From Massalongia carnosa (Eukaryota): 64,000 nucleotides of DNA. Both the position numbers and the translations under genes were made by a program. Shown piece after piece: positions 38,343-52,510 of the stretch (its first letter is position 1; each line of letters opens with the position of its first letter). The stretch covers positions 930,001 to 994,000 of the forward strand of contig OZ287082.1 in NCBI GenBank assembly GCA_965645245.1. The letters are read 5' to 3'. A model generated the notes under the pieces. It did no database searches. It saw only the letters and a program-made list of their open reading frames with translations, and had not been told where the DNA came from.

Positions 38343-39655
38343 ACGTCTTAGCCACCCATTCGGGCCAGCCACCCAATCGGGCCACCCCTCGAAATCTAGT
38401 AGCTGAATATTAATCTTTTCCTTCCAATCCACCACCATCACTCCTTTATCGATAAACTATATATAAAATGCCTAAAAACATACCCGTACATGACTCTGCT
38501 ACTAGATTACAGTTGGCTATTGACGAAATACGCAAAAACCCGGGCATTTCGCAGCGGGAGATAGCGCGCATTTACGGAGTTCCCCGATCAACCTTACAAG
38601 CCCGTCTTCGAGGCAGACGGGACGCAAAACCTCCCATGAGGCCACTCAAAGACTATCAGTAGAAGAAGAACAGGGCTTGATCACGTGGATAGATCGGATG
38701 ACTGCATGGGGTTGGCCACCTAGTATTCAACACCTTGAGGGCATGACCAAAAGTCTGCTGGAAGCAAAAGGAGACTCAAAACCCCTAGGACATCATTGGT
38801 ATAAAAATTTCATGAATAGACATCCCCAATACAGAACTAAATTTAAAAGAAACTTGGATCAATCCAGAAAAGACGCAAGTCATCCCAAAATCCCGAAGGA
38901 ATGGTTTGAACTGTACATGACCACCCGAGCAAAGTATGGAGTCGCAGATGAAGATATTTACAATATGGATGAAAAGGGTTTTGCCATGGGCATTGCGGAT
39001 AGTTCTAAAGTGATAGTCAAGAGGGAAACAACCCCATTCAATGTGCATCCAGGGAATAGGGACTGGGTTTCTTTAATCGAATGCATATCCTCTCGCGGAA
39101 CAGTTCTCCCTGCCTATATCATTTTCCAGGGTAGTCAGGTTCAAAAAGATTGGTTAGAGGCCATTGCTGATCCTTTGACCACTCTGCAAGTCAGCCCTAA
39201 TGGTTGGACGGATGCAGAGATAGGGTTTCATTGGCTAGAACATGTCTTCCATCCGCAGACAAAACGCACACAGGGGATTTATAGAATGTTGATTGTGGAT
39301 GGTCATGAAAGTCATATATCCATGAACTTTATTAAGTTCTGCGACTAGGAGAAAATCATAGCCCTTTGTTTGCCACCTCATTCTACTCATCTATTGCAGC
39401 CATTAGATGTGGGTGTTTTTGGCCCGCATTAGCCAGAGAAAAGGAGCGATATCATGCTTTAAATGGTAAAGTGAAGTTCGCAAAGGCCGTCTGGAAAGAA
39501 ATGCGTATGGATAGTGATATTTTTAGTTAATTTTGGGGATGGTAGAAGCATCGTGGTGATGTTGTTTTCCTTTTGGTGGAGGGGGATAGTTGGCCAGGAT
39601 ATTTTTGATGGGGTGGCCCGAGTGGGTGGCTGGCCCGAATGGGTGGCTAATACGT
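38343..39655 (+). mobile_element. Fot1/pogo DNA transposon, internally deleted
   Basis: 46-bp TIRs (ACGTCTTAGCCACCC... / ...GGGTGGCTAATACGT) and TA TSD. Transposase ~38468-39430 with HTH, YNMDEKG, NGWTD, DGHESH, LPPHSTHLLQPLDVG; frameshift and stop. Confidence 0.93.
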
Positions 39656-40461
39656 TACATGCATGCAGACATAAGTTTAAGTAGTCCGGTCGGAGCTTTT
39701 CTGGAAGCTCGACGCACTTCAGAAGTGCTAAAATAGCTCATGAACGGCCTCAAGCCCGCTGAGTCAGTGGGGGCTGACATTTCCGAAGTGCTAGTGTACA
39801 ACATAGTAGAAGCCCTCACCGGTCAGCAACGTGGCCAAGCCCAGCGCCATCCCTGTGCTATCTGCAAGTTGGGAAATGGCTCATGCTTTTTAATGTTGAC
39901 TCCTGACACCTTGAGCATTAGAACGTGGCAACGATACAGCTTAAGTAATTACCAGCCGCTCCCTAATAACCGCCTCTAAAATGTACCATAACTAGTATTC
40001 TTACGCTAAGTTTTTAACTAGGTTGCACTCGGAGCGCCATGTGCTGCTGGCTAGTCGCCATGTGCCGGTGGCTAGCTCTTGTAGTGGCGCTTTTGCTTAT
40101 CATTGGCCCCCAAAAATGATCCAACGTCGATGTCGGCTCACATCAGATCACCGATGCCAATACTGAGGTAACGAATTGATCACTTGGTGCATAATATAAA
40201 TAATGAAAGGGATGGGTCTTCTGTTTACTATCTGCAGAGATTTTATCTAAACTCCTAAGAATGCAAGCTAGCCTGATCTGGTAATCGCAGTCACCAACTG
40301 CCTGACCACAGACTAATATCAACAGGGAACTAGCAGATCTGCAGTCTAACCCAAAGATGTGGTAGTTGGACGGGAACCGTTGGAGATGCTTGTCTACGCC
40401 TGGAATGCACATGTAAGCATTAGGAAGCTTAAAGGTATCTTTACCCGACGAGATAAAAGAA

Positions 40462-43125
40462 GAGTACGGATACGTGGACACCCCTTAGGTTACCTGGACA
40501 CCCCCTGAGGTTACCTGGACGCCCCCCAGTGAGACACGGACACCCCCTTCCTAGAATAGATAAGAATCAAGGGTTCAGCCCTCTCACTTACCCATTTCGG
40601 GGTAAGCTCCCGAGTGTGCACCTCGGGAATTTTTTTTTCAACCGTAAACACCAACATTTTGGCACTTCGTAAACATCAACATCACCAACATTTTGACACT
40701 TCATCATGTCTGCACCACCTCCTGAAGGACTTGCACCCCTCGAAGATGAACCAGCTACTCCAACCAGACCACCTGGCCCTCTACCCCCTGGCGGACTTGC
40801 ACCCCCTGAGGATGGACAAAGTTTTGAAAGTCTGGAAGACCTGGTTCTACGAGTCAATGAGCATGCTGGTCGTCAAGGATACGCAGTCGTTTTGGGTCGA
40901 ACCAAGAAGTCGAAACTTAAGGTAACGAGAAAGACACGGCTGATATGTGATCGAGGAAGAAAAACCGACGGACCAAGAGGTCAGGATCGGCGACATACGG
41001 GTAGCCGAGAATTGAATGCCCTTTCTCTTGTGTGGCCACACGAGAAAACGACAGTGGTATCTGGTTTTTGGAGGTGGTCAAATCGACTCATAATCATGCT
41101 TCTACCTTCGCTGGTGCTCATCCAGCGTTGAGGAAATTGGCGATGGCGAAAGAGGTTAAAAGCGAGATTTCCCGAGCTCTGATCGTGCAAACAGCCCCTT
41201 TCAAGATTTTATCTAGTCTTCGTGTTGCTGATCCGACGACGGGAATCAATTTTGACGATCCAGAAAATCCCTACATCATCAATCCCTTATTCAAACCTCG
41301 GGATATCTACAACGTCAAAGCACAGCTTCGTCGCGAGACACTCGGCCCATTGACTCCGGTTCAGGCATTAATCCGAGAGCTGGATCAAGGAGATTGGACG
41401 TATCAGATGCAAAATGATGATCTAGATAGAATAACTCATTTATTCTTTATTAAGGGCTGTTCTCAACGACTATTGAAGACGAATTACGAGGTGTTGGTGA
41501 TGGACGCCACTTACAAAACCAACAGATATAAGATGCCCTTATTGATCATCAATGGTCAAACCGCCCTACATACCAACTTCTGTGTGGCATTTTGCTTCAT
41601 GGCCAAGGAAGCCACGTCTGATTATACCTGGATGTTGCAGCAATTGCGAGGTGTGTATGATGGGATGATGCTTCCTAACCCGATCGTCATAGTCACGGAC
41701 ATGGGAAAGAGTCTGATAGCTAGAATTGAGGATGTTTTCCCCGCAACCAATCATCTGCTTTGCTTATGGCACATCAATAATAACGTCCTGACCAATTGCA
41801 AGAAGAGCTTCGATACTAAAGAGGCGTAGGACTCCTTCTTCGCTGACTGGAAAACGGTCGTTTATGCCTCGTCAGAACCAGAGTTTTTGGAGTCATGGGA
41901 GCGATTCAGGATTCAGTATCAGGGTCAGGATCAATGTGTGGAATATCTGAACGACATCTACATACCCTTCCGACATCGTTTTGTCAAGTGCTATACCAGT
42001 ATGATTGCTCATCTCGAAACCACCACTACCTCTCGAGGTGAAGGCGGGCATGCAGTACTTAAGCGACAGCTAGGGTCATCATCTGGAGATCTTAAGACGG
42101 TGGTGGACGGAATCAATCTTCTATTGATCAATGAACTTCACAATCATCTGATTCGTCTTGATGAAGCGAAGGTAGGACTACCTATGGATATTCGCAAACC
42201 TATCTTTCAGGAAATCAGTCCATACGTCACTCCCTACGCTTTGAGAAAGATAATGCCTCAATACGAACGTTTGGTTGGTCAACCAACAGCTATTCCGGCT
42301 TGTACTGGAACGTTCAGCTTAACCATGGGTCTTCCGTGCAGTCATAAGATTCAGGAACGATTGTATGGGGATTGGGGGGGAAAGTTGCTATTGGAAGATA
42401 TTCATCCTCATTGGAGGTTTGATAGGACAGCCCGTGTGGCTATTGATAATCCTTATCTTCGGGTTCAGGCACCCGAAGTTGCTAGACCAAGAGGCCGACC
42501 TCCAGGTGCGGAGAATTTGAATAGAAGACAGCAAGCATTCGAGGCATCTACTAATCGTGATCCTTCCCTTTTCAAGCGGGTGGACCCGGATGCAGATCAA
42601 TCAGCCGTTCATCGAGCGGACCCGGCACCTGGTCGTGGACGAGGCAGACGGGGACGGGGACGGGGATCGGGACGGGGACGGGGACGGGGATCGGGACGGG
42701 GACGTGGACGGGGAGGTAGGGCTAGAGGAGGGGTTATAACGAGGGGATTGGCAGATAGGCTGACTGCAAATGACTCGGATGCGGGGACGGCGACAGGGGG
42801 GGGGGGGGGACAGCGACAGCAAGCGGAGATGAGGAGGTTATCATCATTACTTAGACCAAATGAGGCTTAGTTTCTAGAATCAGAGTCTGATTTGCAAAGA
42901 CAGTGCCAATCGACTTCGTTTCAGAAATTCCCGACCACTTTCAAAAGGTGAAGGAAAAAATTTCCCCGATATGCGCCCGGGAGCTTACCCTGAAGTGGGT
43001 AAGTGAGGCTGAACCCTTGATTCTTACCTATTCTAGGAATGGGGTGTCCGTGTATCACTGGGGGGTGTCCAGGTAACCTCAGGGGGTGTCCAGGTAACCA
43101 AAGGGGTGTCCACGTATCCGTACTC
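40462..43125 (+). mobile_element. Mutator (Hop-like) element; transposase 40706-42870 with a frameshift (~41010) and a TAG (41827)
   Basis: ~180-bp TIRs GAGTACGGATACGTGGACACCCC...; 8-bp TSD TAAAAGAA; motifs MDATYKTNRY, VTD, LCLWH, TTSRGEGGH, MGLPCSH; RG-repeat tail. Confidence 0.93.
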
Positions 43126-43608
43126 TAAAAGAAAGCACCAAAAAGCCTTTAACGGAACCCTAAACAAGCTGGAAGTAAGTTACTGTACTCCGTACTCTTT
43201 TAATCTAAGCCCACGTTTTCGTCTCACTTGCGGTTGTGTCAGAAGCCATGCCTGTCCTGTCAGATATTGTTCTGCTTTGTGAGCACAAGGCAGGGCAGCA
43301 AGGAAAGTTCCGTCCGGATGGTCGGGGGATTCGAAACGTCTTGGAACAGAGTAGCCGTTTTGACGGGCTGAAACGAGACAGGGCTCTCGTCCAACCGACC
43401 TGCCGGCTAGGTGTTCCCCTAATGCGGTGTTTAACGGGTTAGAAAGTAACCTTTTCCCCTTATGGATTAGCGCGCTATTCACCACAAAATGCTAAGACCT
43501 GCCTTAAATCTTGCCATTCATCGATTTTCCACTTTACTGTTCTTCTATGTGCTCGACAAGACTTGCATACCTTCTTATAACAAGCAATATCGGGCCTGTA
43601 GTAGCGAC

Positions 43609-44133
43609 ATGGGACTGCCACGGAGAAAGGCGACAGAGCTTGAAAAGGCAACGCCAACCTCAAGTTCTAGTACAAATTTCGAAGGTCAAAATAGACAGGA
43701 ATCAACGGTTACGGCCACTGCCGCGACTAAACCGAATGCGGAAAATGAGGCGCAAACTACAACCCAGGCAGAGGAGCAACCAGAAAAGGCTGAAGCTCTC
43801 GAGCGATCAGTGTCAACAGCCACGGCATCATCTGCAGGCGAACTAGGCGAGGACAATGAATCAGAATACATGAAAGGATCTAAGTTGTATCTGCTTACAT
43901 TTGGTCTGTTCCTCGCCACTTTCGTCGTCGCCCTCGACAATACAATCATTTCTACGGTTATTCCTCGCATCACGACAGTCTTCAATTCGCTGGATGATGT
44001 GGGCTGGTATGGATCATCTTACTTGCTCACGACCACATCATTGCAGCCATCTTTCGGCAAGATATATACCTTCTTCAATGTCTGGTGGACTTACATCGCG
44101 GCTCTGCTCATCTTCGAACTGGGCTCCGTCCTT
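43609..44133 (+). pseudogene. 5' fragment of a 14-TM drug:H+ antiporter (MFS, DHA2-type), truncated after the first TM segments
   Basis: [30 protein letters not shown]...QP.FGKIY..F...IFELGSVL, then an abrupt switch to unrelated sequence. Confidence 0.88.
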
Positions 44134-46232
44134 TTCTCTTTGGAGCTCTAGTTCATTTCCAGTGCTGGTATTTGATAGGGTCTGCTGTTTCAGCAGGAGA
44201 TTGACTTGATCTTTCTGTTGCTTTAGTTTTTCCTGCAGCCGATCGTGTTCTCCCTCGAGCTCTGACTTTTTTGTGCAGGCAGTCGATGGAGTCTTCTGCC
44301 TTAGCAGGAGATTGGCTTGTTTTCTCTCTTCCGTTAGTTGTTCCTGCAGCCGGTTCACTTCCTGTTGCAGCATGGCATTTTTTGGTATTCTTGGTTTCTT
44401 GAAGCCAGCGGTGTATTGAGACGAATGAGTGCTTGTCGTTGTCTCTTGTGAGTCAGCTAACTCTGATTAGTTCTCACTGTTGGCTATGGACATGAATGAC
44501 TCAAACCCAGACTCAAGTGAGTGCGGAATAGCGTCTCGAATTGTCTTCAAGATGATTGGAGGTCGAAACTTCGAAACACGGGGATCATAACGTTCTTCTC
44601 GGTCGGTGATGGATAATCTATTTAGCCGTATTAGAGATCCTTCCTAATCATCTACATATCGCTTTGCTTGGTCATCACTATCTAGAAATACATTTTTTTC
44701 TATAGATTGAGCTAAACTCGTTACTATTTGGCGATTTATGTTAGCTATATCAACTGCCCCGATGGCCTCGAGTGTATTGCAGATCACTATTTCATTTTCC
44801 TTCTCATCAATCCCGTTCTAGGTCTATTTCTCTATGACTCGCTTTAACTATTATGAGAAGGTCCCAGTGGTCTCTAATACCCAACCCGAACAGGGGTTTC
44901 TGTGCATTTCTGACTAGTAACCGCCAAATTCCCTCGTCTTTGCTCACACCAGATCTTTTGGCTTAGTCTACGTTTCTATCCTCCAAGGCTATCAAGAAGC
45001 TAGGTGCATTTTTTCGTAGTTTGACCCTTCATATTGCGGGAGGCGAAAGAAATTCAAAGGAAACAGACCATCTTTGGCATTTCTCTTCTCGAAGCCATTT
45101 CGTTAATCTGGTTACGATCTACTGACTATGGGTCAAGCCATTCCCTAGATCCCATGGGTATCAACCTTATTCAACATGATATCATCAAGGATCCTGCTTA
45201 ATTCAAGGCTACGATTCTTCTACGGTCTTGAGCTGTATGAGCATGCTCCAAGAGCCAAAAAAGCTTTTTATCTGTGAATCTACGCCTGAATACTCTTAAG
45301 CCGCTTTGATAGAGCCCAGTAAGAGAAGGGAGAAGATGCTTTTGTTAATAAGAAAGATCCTAGGGTAGCTGAAATCGATATATGCTTTTTCAACAACTTT
45401 GCAAGGCCTGATCATCAACTCCACGCACAAGGCCCGGAATGAAAATTGGTTTGAGTTCCGGACCCCACGCACGGGGAATGCTAACCCGAATATCGATACT
45501 GTAAACTTGCTCCTGCAGCGGAACACGCCACGTCCGCTTGGCATGGCTAGCGGCCTCCTATGGAAATCTGGAAAACCCCCCTCGAGATCAGCAGTTATTT
45601 GAAGATAATCAGTGGGAATCTAGCCTTTGGGTTACATGATGGACACTGGTATACTTAGATTAGAACCTGTGTGGAGGGGGGGCCGGCTCTTTCGGGTCAT
45701 ATCCCAGTGACGTATCCCGAGCCGTCGTCTGCCATTGCATCGATAGCCGTCATAACATCAGTTTAAGAACACTTAACGGCGCTACAAACCATCACATCGT
45801 CATATTTTGCTCTCATTGCTTGAAGATTGAAACGAGAACCAGCATCTGATCAAGAAACCAGATATAACGATCAAGACACAGGAGTAGAATGCCAAGTTTT
45901 TCCATAACGCGGGAGTTACATTCCTCATTTTTAGTGCCGATTTTGACAAAGTGTATCATGCGCTCTGCATTCTCGCCAAGGAAGTCTGGCGATCCAGTAT
46001 GGCCGCGAAACTTAAAAGGGAGGTGGATGATGTGGCGAAAAGGCCAAGAGTCGAGTTTTTGCAAGTATAAAGTTGGGCTGTTCCCTAAATTTCTCCTTGC
46101 CATCCATTGGAACTCCTTCTTTAGCATTCTTAAAGACGATCTCCAAATAATCCGAGCCGAAGTCACATACATCTTAACGCGCAGCCATCTAGATAATCTG
46201 CCTCGAAAGATCATCACTTCATTTCATCCATC

Positions 46233-47209
46233 ATGAAGTTTACGCTTTTTGCCCCAGGTCTAGCAATGCTAGCTTTTGCAGCCGGTGGGTGCCTATCAGC
46301 AACAGAGTTGGCTGAAACCGAACAATCCCTAAAATTTCCCAAATCCCAGTATCCACCGCCTGCATTGACTACTGGGACGGGACCGCCCCGTTCTGCCATG
46401 GCGGATCTTGCAAACCGGGCTTCCACCAAACGCGCGAAGACAAACACGGCGACGGCAAAAAGTGTCTGAGCGGGCACAAAATATTTTGCGAATGCAACCC
46501 GCCGCAACCGACGAGCACGTGGCAGGACTACTGGGCGGGCACCGCGCCCTTCTGCAAAGGTCAATGCTTGGACGGCTACCGCGAAATCGCCACCTCCAAC
46601 TCCGGCAACGGCGGGCTCTGCTGGACGGGCCACAAGGCGTTGTGCCAGCGCATCAAGCCGGGCCCACATGCGTGCGAACCGCAGGTTCCGATCAAGCAGA
46701 CATGCGTGGGCTTCTTCCTCGTGTGCAACAACGGCTGCAACACGTTCGGGTGCGGGCTCTGCTTCAGCTCCGGGAAACGCAGCGTAAGCATTAGCCGGAG
46801 GGCCGTTGCACCGGGTAGTTTTGTCGATAGTCCAACTGAGGGCCCACCTCCCGCAGGTCAGCAATTTCGCTCCTTTCTCGCATCACAATAATCCACCCCC
46901 TTACCCCCCCCCCCAAATACCCTTTGTATAGCACATAATCACTAACACATCCCCCCCGCCCACCATTTCTCTGTAGACGACAACCTCTACAAGTCGCTCG
47001 CAGGCGACTACAACGACCAGCTGCGCAAGACCCTCCCAGGGCTCGGCATCGACGTTCCAGAAGACTTGTCCCCCGAGGCTATCGCCGGCTACGGGATGCA
47101 CGTACTGGAATCCACCCTCGCGGACTTGAGGGCCGTCGACCCGACGGAGAGCTACAAAGGCTGGGGGGACACCGATGTATGGGTCACTGCGCCGGAGACG
47201 TCGGAGTAG
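46233..47209 (+). CDS. secreted Cys-rich protein, 263 aa, 3 exons (46233-46284, 46350-46856, 46977-47209), with two WxGTAPFC repeats
   Basis: Signal-peptide-like MKFTLFAPGLAMLAFAAVSTA. Repeats DYWDGTAPFCHGGSC..C..GHK..C and DYWAGTAPFCKGQC..C..GHK..C. The splices keep the frame. Confidence 0.85.
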
Positions 47210-49751
47210 GGGATGGTTGGGTGGGAAAGGGGGATAGCGATGGCTGGGCGGGTTGGAAGCGAGGGAGTGCGGTGTGAATGCTGCTTTTTAGGGGAGCTGG
47301 CTTTGTCGGATTAGGTTAAGTTCGGGAGGGGGGTGAGGGGGGTGAGGGGGGTTGAGAATACGTTCGTTTAGACATTCTCGAAGGCGATTCTTGGCTTGAC
47401 GAGACCGTTCCGCTCGGAAAACGACCTACTTGGAGAATTGACAGAGGTGAAGCTATATAGTAGCATGTGCTGCTAGATCTCACACCACTACCAAAGCCAG
47501 AAAGCATAACCAAACCTCACCACTCATCCATCTGTTTCTCACCCCTCTTGAATCCCAGCTAGCGGCAGCGACAACGACAACGACGACAGCCAAGTCACTG
47601 ACGCCTGTGCAAAACCTGTCACGATCCAACAAGGCGGGTTTTTTCCTTCTTCTGTCTGTTTCTTTTCTATTTTCTGGTTTCTTTTCATATTATTTTTAAT
47701 TTTTTGGAGGAAAAAGTGAAAATGATTGATTAATCCACGATGACAGACCTATCCTCATCTCATTCTGACGAGACCCAGGAGGTTGAGAGATCCGCATAGA
47801 AAGAGGGGTTCGATTTGATGCTTGGGAACAGAATGAAAGCGCACCTCGAATTCATGTGAGTATTCGATCGCAGAGACCGTAAGTGACAACTCACAACAGG
47901 CTAAGGAGCGCGCTTCAAACATTACTTTGGCTGTCTGTACTCTCTCGTTCTTTTCTCCTGTTTTAGTATCTACTTTCTCCGCCTCACTCTCAATCTTCGG
48001 CGACGTTGACATTTTTCTTCTGATTCTGTTCTTGTTCTAGCGCTTCGTGCATGGAAAGGTGGGGAACTGATTATTTCTTTACTTCCTTGTCCCATCTTTT
48101 GTTGCTAATGGAAGGAGGAAGTAGAGTATGGCAAATCTGCTTCTGCAACTAAATGTTCGGTCACATGCGACAATAACTCGCGGCAAACGCGGCTATGAAA
48201 GATCTTCATGGGCAAGATACCACTACCATGAAACTCTATTGGATACCACCTCCTTCCTCTTTTATCTTTGTGCTGAATCATCCAGATTTAGCTGAGATGC
48301 TCCCTCGTTTAGATCGGGTATCCTTGTACTCATATTCTGAGCAAAATGATTCTAATGGCTGAGTAAGCGGATATTCAATTGGGGGCTCTGTTTGCTGCTG
48401 TCGTCGTAAGAACTCTCCTTCGACCTCTCTTCGAGCTTTCTCTCTGCCTCTTTCTAAAAAGGTAAGAAAGGAGAGCTAATCGGTACCCAAGTGAGATCCG
48501 AGGAGTTAACTCGATAAATCACTGTTGCCCGGAACTCGTTGCCTGATGAGAAGCATAGATGACAGGTGGTTCGCTATGTCATAAAGTAGTTGACTGTCTA
48601 TGGAGCATAACTATGTCTATGTAGTTAGCTATAGTAGGGGAGGTCCCGTGCTTAGAGCAAGGGCAAGGGCAAGTGCTGGTAGGACTATACCCACTCCAAC
48701 AACCCGGTCAAATCCTCGCAATTTGAGATATAGAGAAGATCGCGGCTTCGATACCAGGTAGGTTCCAGCGAATGTGGCGTGCCACGCATGCACTCATGCC
48801 CAACCATATAAATGTTATGATATTCTCTCTTATGGGCCTCTACAACCTTCCGTACACTCCGCCCCGGACCATACTTCCTATGTAATATAATCCATGCCTT
48901 TAGTATTCATGGCATCAGCTTCGAATGACATTGGCCTCGCTCGTGTTAGACAACAAGCTTGAAATGCGCATTCAAGATCACATGCGAGGCGAAGTCCCAA
49001 TATTCTCCATGCTATTCAAAATAGTTTCGAGAACTTCAACGACAAAATATTTGGAATCATTGAAGACCTCTTCGTGTCTCTTCGTAAAGGTTTGGAAAAG
49101 TCTCTGACACTATATAGACGAGGGTATTATACATTTTTCTATTGACTTTGTTCCTATCTCCGCAGGAGAGTTTCAGAGTTTTGATTATCATTCCTCGTCC
49201 CCTCTTGAATACCGGCTTTTAGGATCCCTATTAATGAAAATGATCAAACCTGTCGCTGCAGCCCAAGCCTAGCAACAAAAAAAAAACCTCGCACTATCTC
49301 ATTGACAAACCAGTTCACTTCAGGTCCTATAAAATCTCATTCACCTTCCCGCGTCTTGGCCGCAACAATCCTTCGAAACTATTTTCTTCCTTATTGTCTA
49401 GGGTAATCCAGGATGGAGGCTAGGTGCATCCCGAAACTTGTTAAGCTCAATCTACATCCTGGCAAACCGTCTCGGAATTGGTCTCCTATTTGTAAACTCT
49501 CAAGAGCATCCAAAGACACCAAAAGAGACTTGGTGCCCACCTTAACACGATTGACTATCTGCAGTTCGTAAATAGAGAGCCTCTTCAAGAGAGAGTTAAA
49601 ACGATCATGATGGAGACCAACGTTGAACTCGCCAGGGTCAATAAAGCTATCATACTCAGAATTTCCACCCTGGAGCGGTGAAAGCGCCTGGGGATCTTAA
49701 ATTACTCAACAACCTCGTCATTAACAATAATAGACCTTAACTCATCGATAT

Positions 49752-50178
49752 ACACGGCTTCTTCTGATGTACACAATATTCACACTTGGAGGAGGTATTG
49801 TGGCTTCCATTCACACTGTTGCCCATGGGTAATCACGCGTTTAATACAATGTATGCAGACAAACGGATCAGGTGTGGGTTGTACCCACAGAGGCGGAGGG
49901 GCCGGCTAATGCACAGCAGAAGCGGAAGGCTCGTGAGAAGCCGGAGAGCGCCCAGCGAGAGGGGTAGCCCCGCGAGGAGGCGCAGTGCGCACACCAGAAA
50001 CAGAAGGTCCGGGAGGGGCCGGCGAATCCAAAACAGAACTCTCAGTGCCAAAAAACCCCGAAGAACGACCACTTGTTGTAGGCGACTCCTGTGAGTCACC
50101 CACGAGGGTCTTCAGCAAGGGCCTCGCCGTGTCTACCCGCTTCGTGTTCATGAGATGATTCGTATCCATTCCGGTCAA
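49752..50178 (-). pseudogene. degenerate gene with a Zn(II)2Cys6-like cysteine cluster
   Basis: CIHCIKRVITHGQQC then, after a frameshift, KCEYCVHQKKPC, preceded by a Pro/Ser-rich region with a stop. Confidence 0.35.
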
Positions 50179-52115
50179 TATTTGGAATTGTATCCAATGT
50201 CATGTAGATCCAAAACATGTGGTATCGAATAAAGAGGATGAAAAGAAGTAGTATGGTATGCAAGTAACCTGCAAAAGTAATATTCGCAAACAGGGGCAAA
50301 ACGCTACTGAAAGAGTACTAGCACGATACCTGCTTGCATCATCGCGCCCGCAGCCTGTGAAAACGCCGTTCACGATATATAAGTCAGCCAAAAATCTTCT
50401 CAAACTCAACTCCACACGATGAAAGAAGATATATTTTGTGTTATGGAAAAATCCGGTTCAACATATTTTATTCCAAATCTATCTTTAGAGCATCGCTAGG
50501 ACAAAGCTTGTATGTAGAATATATCTTCTCGTCCGCTTAGAATGCTGTCAAAGGATCTGATATCTTCGCTCAGATTCCTGCACTTTTCTTGTGGCGCAAA
50601 AAAACATCACGCTCAGCATTATCTTCCTGGGATACTGTGAGGTTGTATTTCTCTGGGTGGCACCTGAGGTTTTGGCCTCCGCGGCAAAGATTGAAGATGA
50701 AGCTTCTGTCGGTAATTTGTTTCTCTAAGCAGTTTGATTCTCTCCTTTCCCTTGACATTGGACGAAAACTCAAGGAGCGAATCCATTAAGCAAACGACCG
50801 ATGAACTTATTAGGACGCATGGGCTGATATATAGTAAGAATTCAAGTGAAGTACCCCCGAGGCTCCAACGTGTTCTCTACTCTGTAACTGGCTCCTCTTG
50901 GTTTGACGACTCCGAGCCCGCATTAATCTGCGATTTCAGCTATGTCGAGTTTTCATGTCTGACGAGACTGTCAAAGTTGTTCATCCTGGCCTATTTTCAG
51001 GACGCCGGAAACTTGATTGTAGCTTCAAATTCGGAGAGAATCGCTTTCAAAGTCTTGATGCTAGTAAGCTTAAATAATCGGCCAGTCCTGAATTCAAGAA
51101 TCTGGCTCATCTATGATCGATCTATTAGATATAGAAACTTGCGTAGTTGAGACGTGTAGAGTCAACGTGTTTGTTTTTCAAAAAATTGAAATCTATGTTA
51201 ATCGACCAATTGTGATCGATTTATATCTTTAATACGCTTGCTTAAGACGATCACTTCAATTTATGTTGTCAGAAACAACAATACCAATGTATCCATACTT
51301 CACCAAGCCTAACACTTTTGGTTTTTTTTGGAGGCGCTCTGAAAACTTCGGCTTCAGTAATTTTTTAAAAAAAAAACTCTCTTAGACATGCACCATGCAA
51401 TCCTTCTAAAATATTCGTCTCTTTCAAAGGTCTATTTTTCATTTCTTACTATTCTTTGTCATTGCTCTCCGTTAGGTGGACTTTCTTGTCTTGTCTTGGA
51501 ATTATTATATACTGAAGCGCTATCTAAAGCTCGCAGGGCTCTTTCTCCTAGAGCGCTGTGGAGGGGTGGGGTGGACCTCCACCAGATGGCCAGATGACAG
51601 GTGTGATGACTGTACGCGAGGGTCAGTGCTACCGAGCACCACTGTCGGCAGCCACATGATCGCCCCCTGAGCCGGCAGTTATAGTCCCGCTCGCCCACTT
51701 CTTCTGTTCAGTTTATCTCTTCATCTCTTCATCTAGTCAGCTAGTCAGTGCGCACGTAGCAACTTGACGACGACGATGACCTGATCATTCATTTCTTTTT
51801 CATATGATGGCCCAGAGACAGTACGATTGATTCATAGACGCACACCACCCAGTTTATCCTCCTTCAGCGCTTTCTTTATGCTTTCTCAAATCGGTTAGAC
51901 GCCCAGAGATAGAAGTGATCCAAGGTCTCGCCCTGGGCTGTATAAGTACTCCACTTCTTGGGTAAAGAATATGGGAACTCGTTGAATTTGTTTGACGCAA
52001 AACCACATTGGAAAATTTTCAAAATTGCATTTGCATGATTGAATGGTTTCAAGCGGATTTTTTCAAATATCAACAATGAATTTGATTCAGAATATTGTAT
52101 GATAATTTCATCATA

Positions 52116-52510
52116 ACGCACCAGCTTGCTGGGAACTAATGAAGTTGTCACCGCGACGGACGGGCACCCGGTGTGTGAGCGGTATAGGACCGGACGCTAG
52201 TAGGAGGTGAAAACTCTTCACCTCTTCCACTTCTCTCTCTTCTTTCTTTCTCCTCATTAACACTCATCATAAATCGTGTTTCGCTGTTTCTCTTATCTAT
52301 TTTTGCCTATATAGTCTGTCACTTAGCTAGATGGAGTATGTCTTGACCTCAGGGTTCGCATCTATAGCGTCCCTGGACCACGTAGCCTACTCGAGTAGGC
52401 CCCGTATCCTGCGCGGACGGCATACGAACGGTGTCATATCACATCCTAGGACTAGAACTTTACCCAAACACTAGAATAGCAATATACACAAGGTGGCTGC
52501 GTTTCAGTAG
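52116..52510 (+). mobile_element. 395-bp non-coding repeat, copy 1 (Helitron-like junctions)
   Basis: A|ACGCACC...TTTCAGTAG|T; homologous to the split copy at 54189-62634. Confidence 0.75.

Noticed and set aside
42630..42730. GGGACG microsatellite
   Set aside because: It is explained as the RG-repeat tail of the MULE transposase.
46214..46864. 216-aa minus-strand ORF and similar shadow ORFs (e.g. 7184-7804, 31700-32359, 35153-35518)
   Set aside because: They are antisense or alternative frames of better-supported genes.
47300..52100. Scattered short ORFs
   Set aside because: No recognisable motifs apart from the Cys cluster near 49800; probably degenerate or intergenic.
52116..52510. Hammerhead ribozyme/retrozyme (CTAATGA, GAAAC motifs)
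   Set aside because: There is no intact CTGATGA core with correctly ordered stems on either strand.
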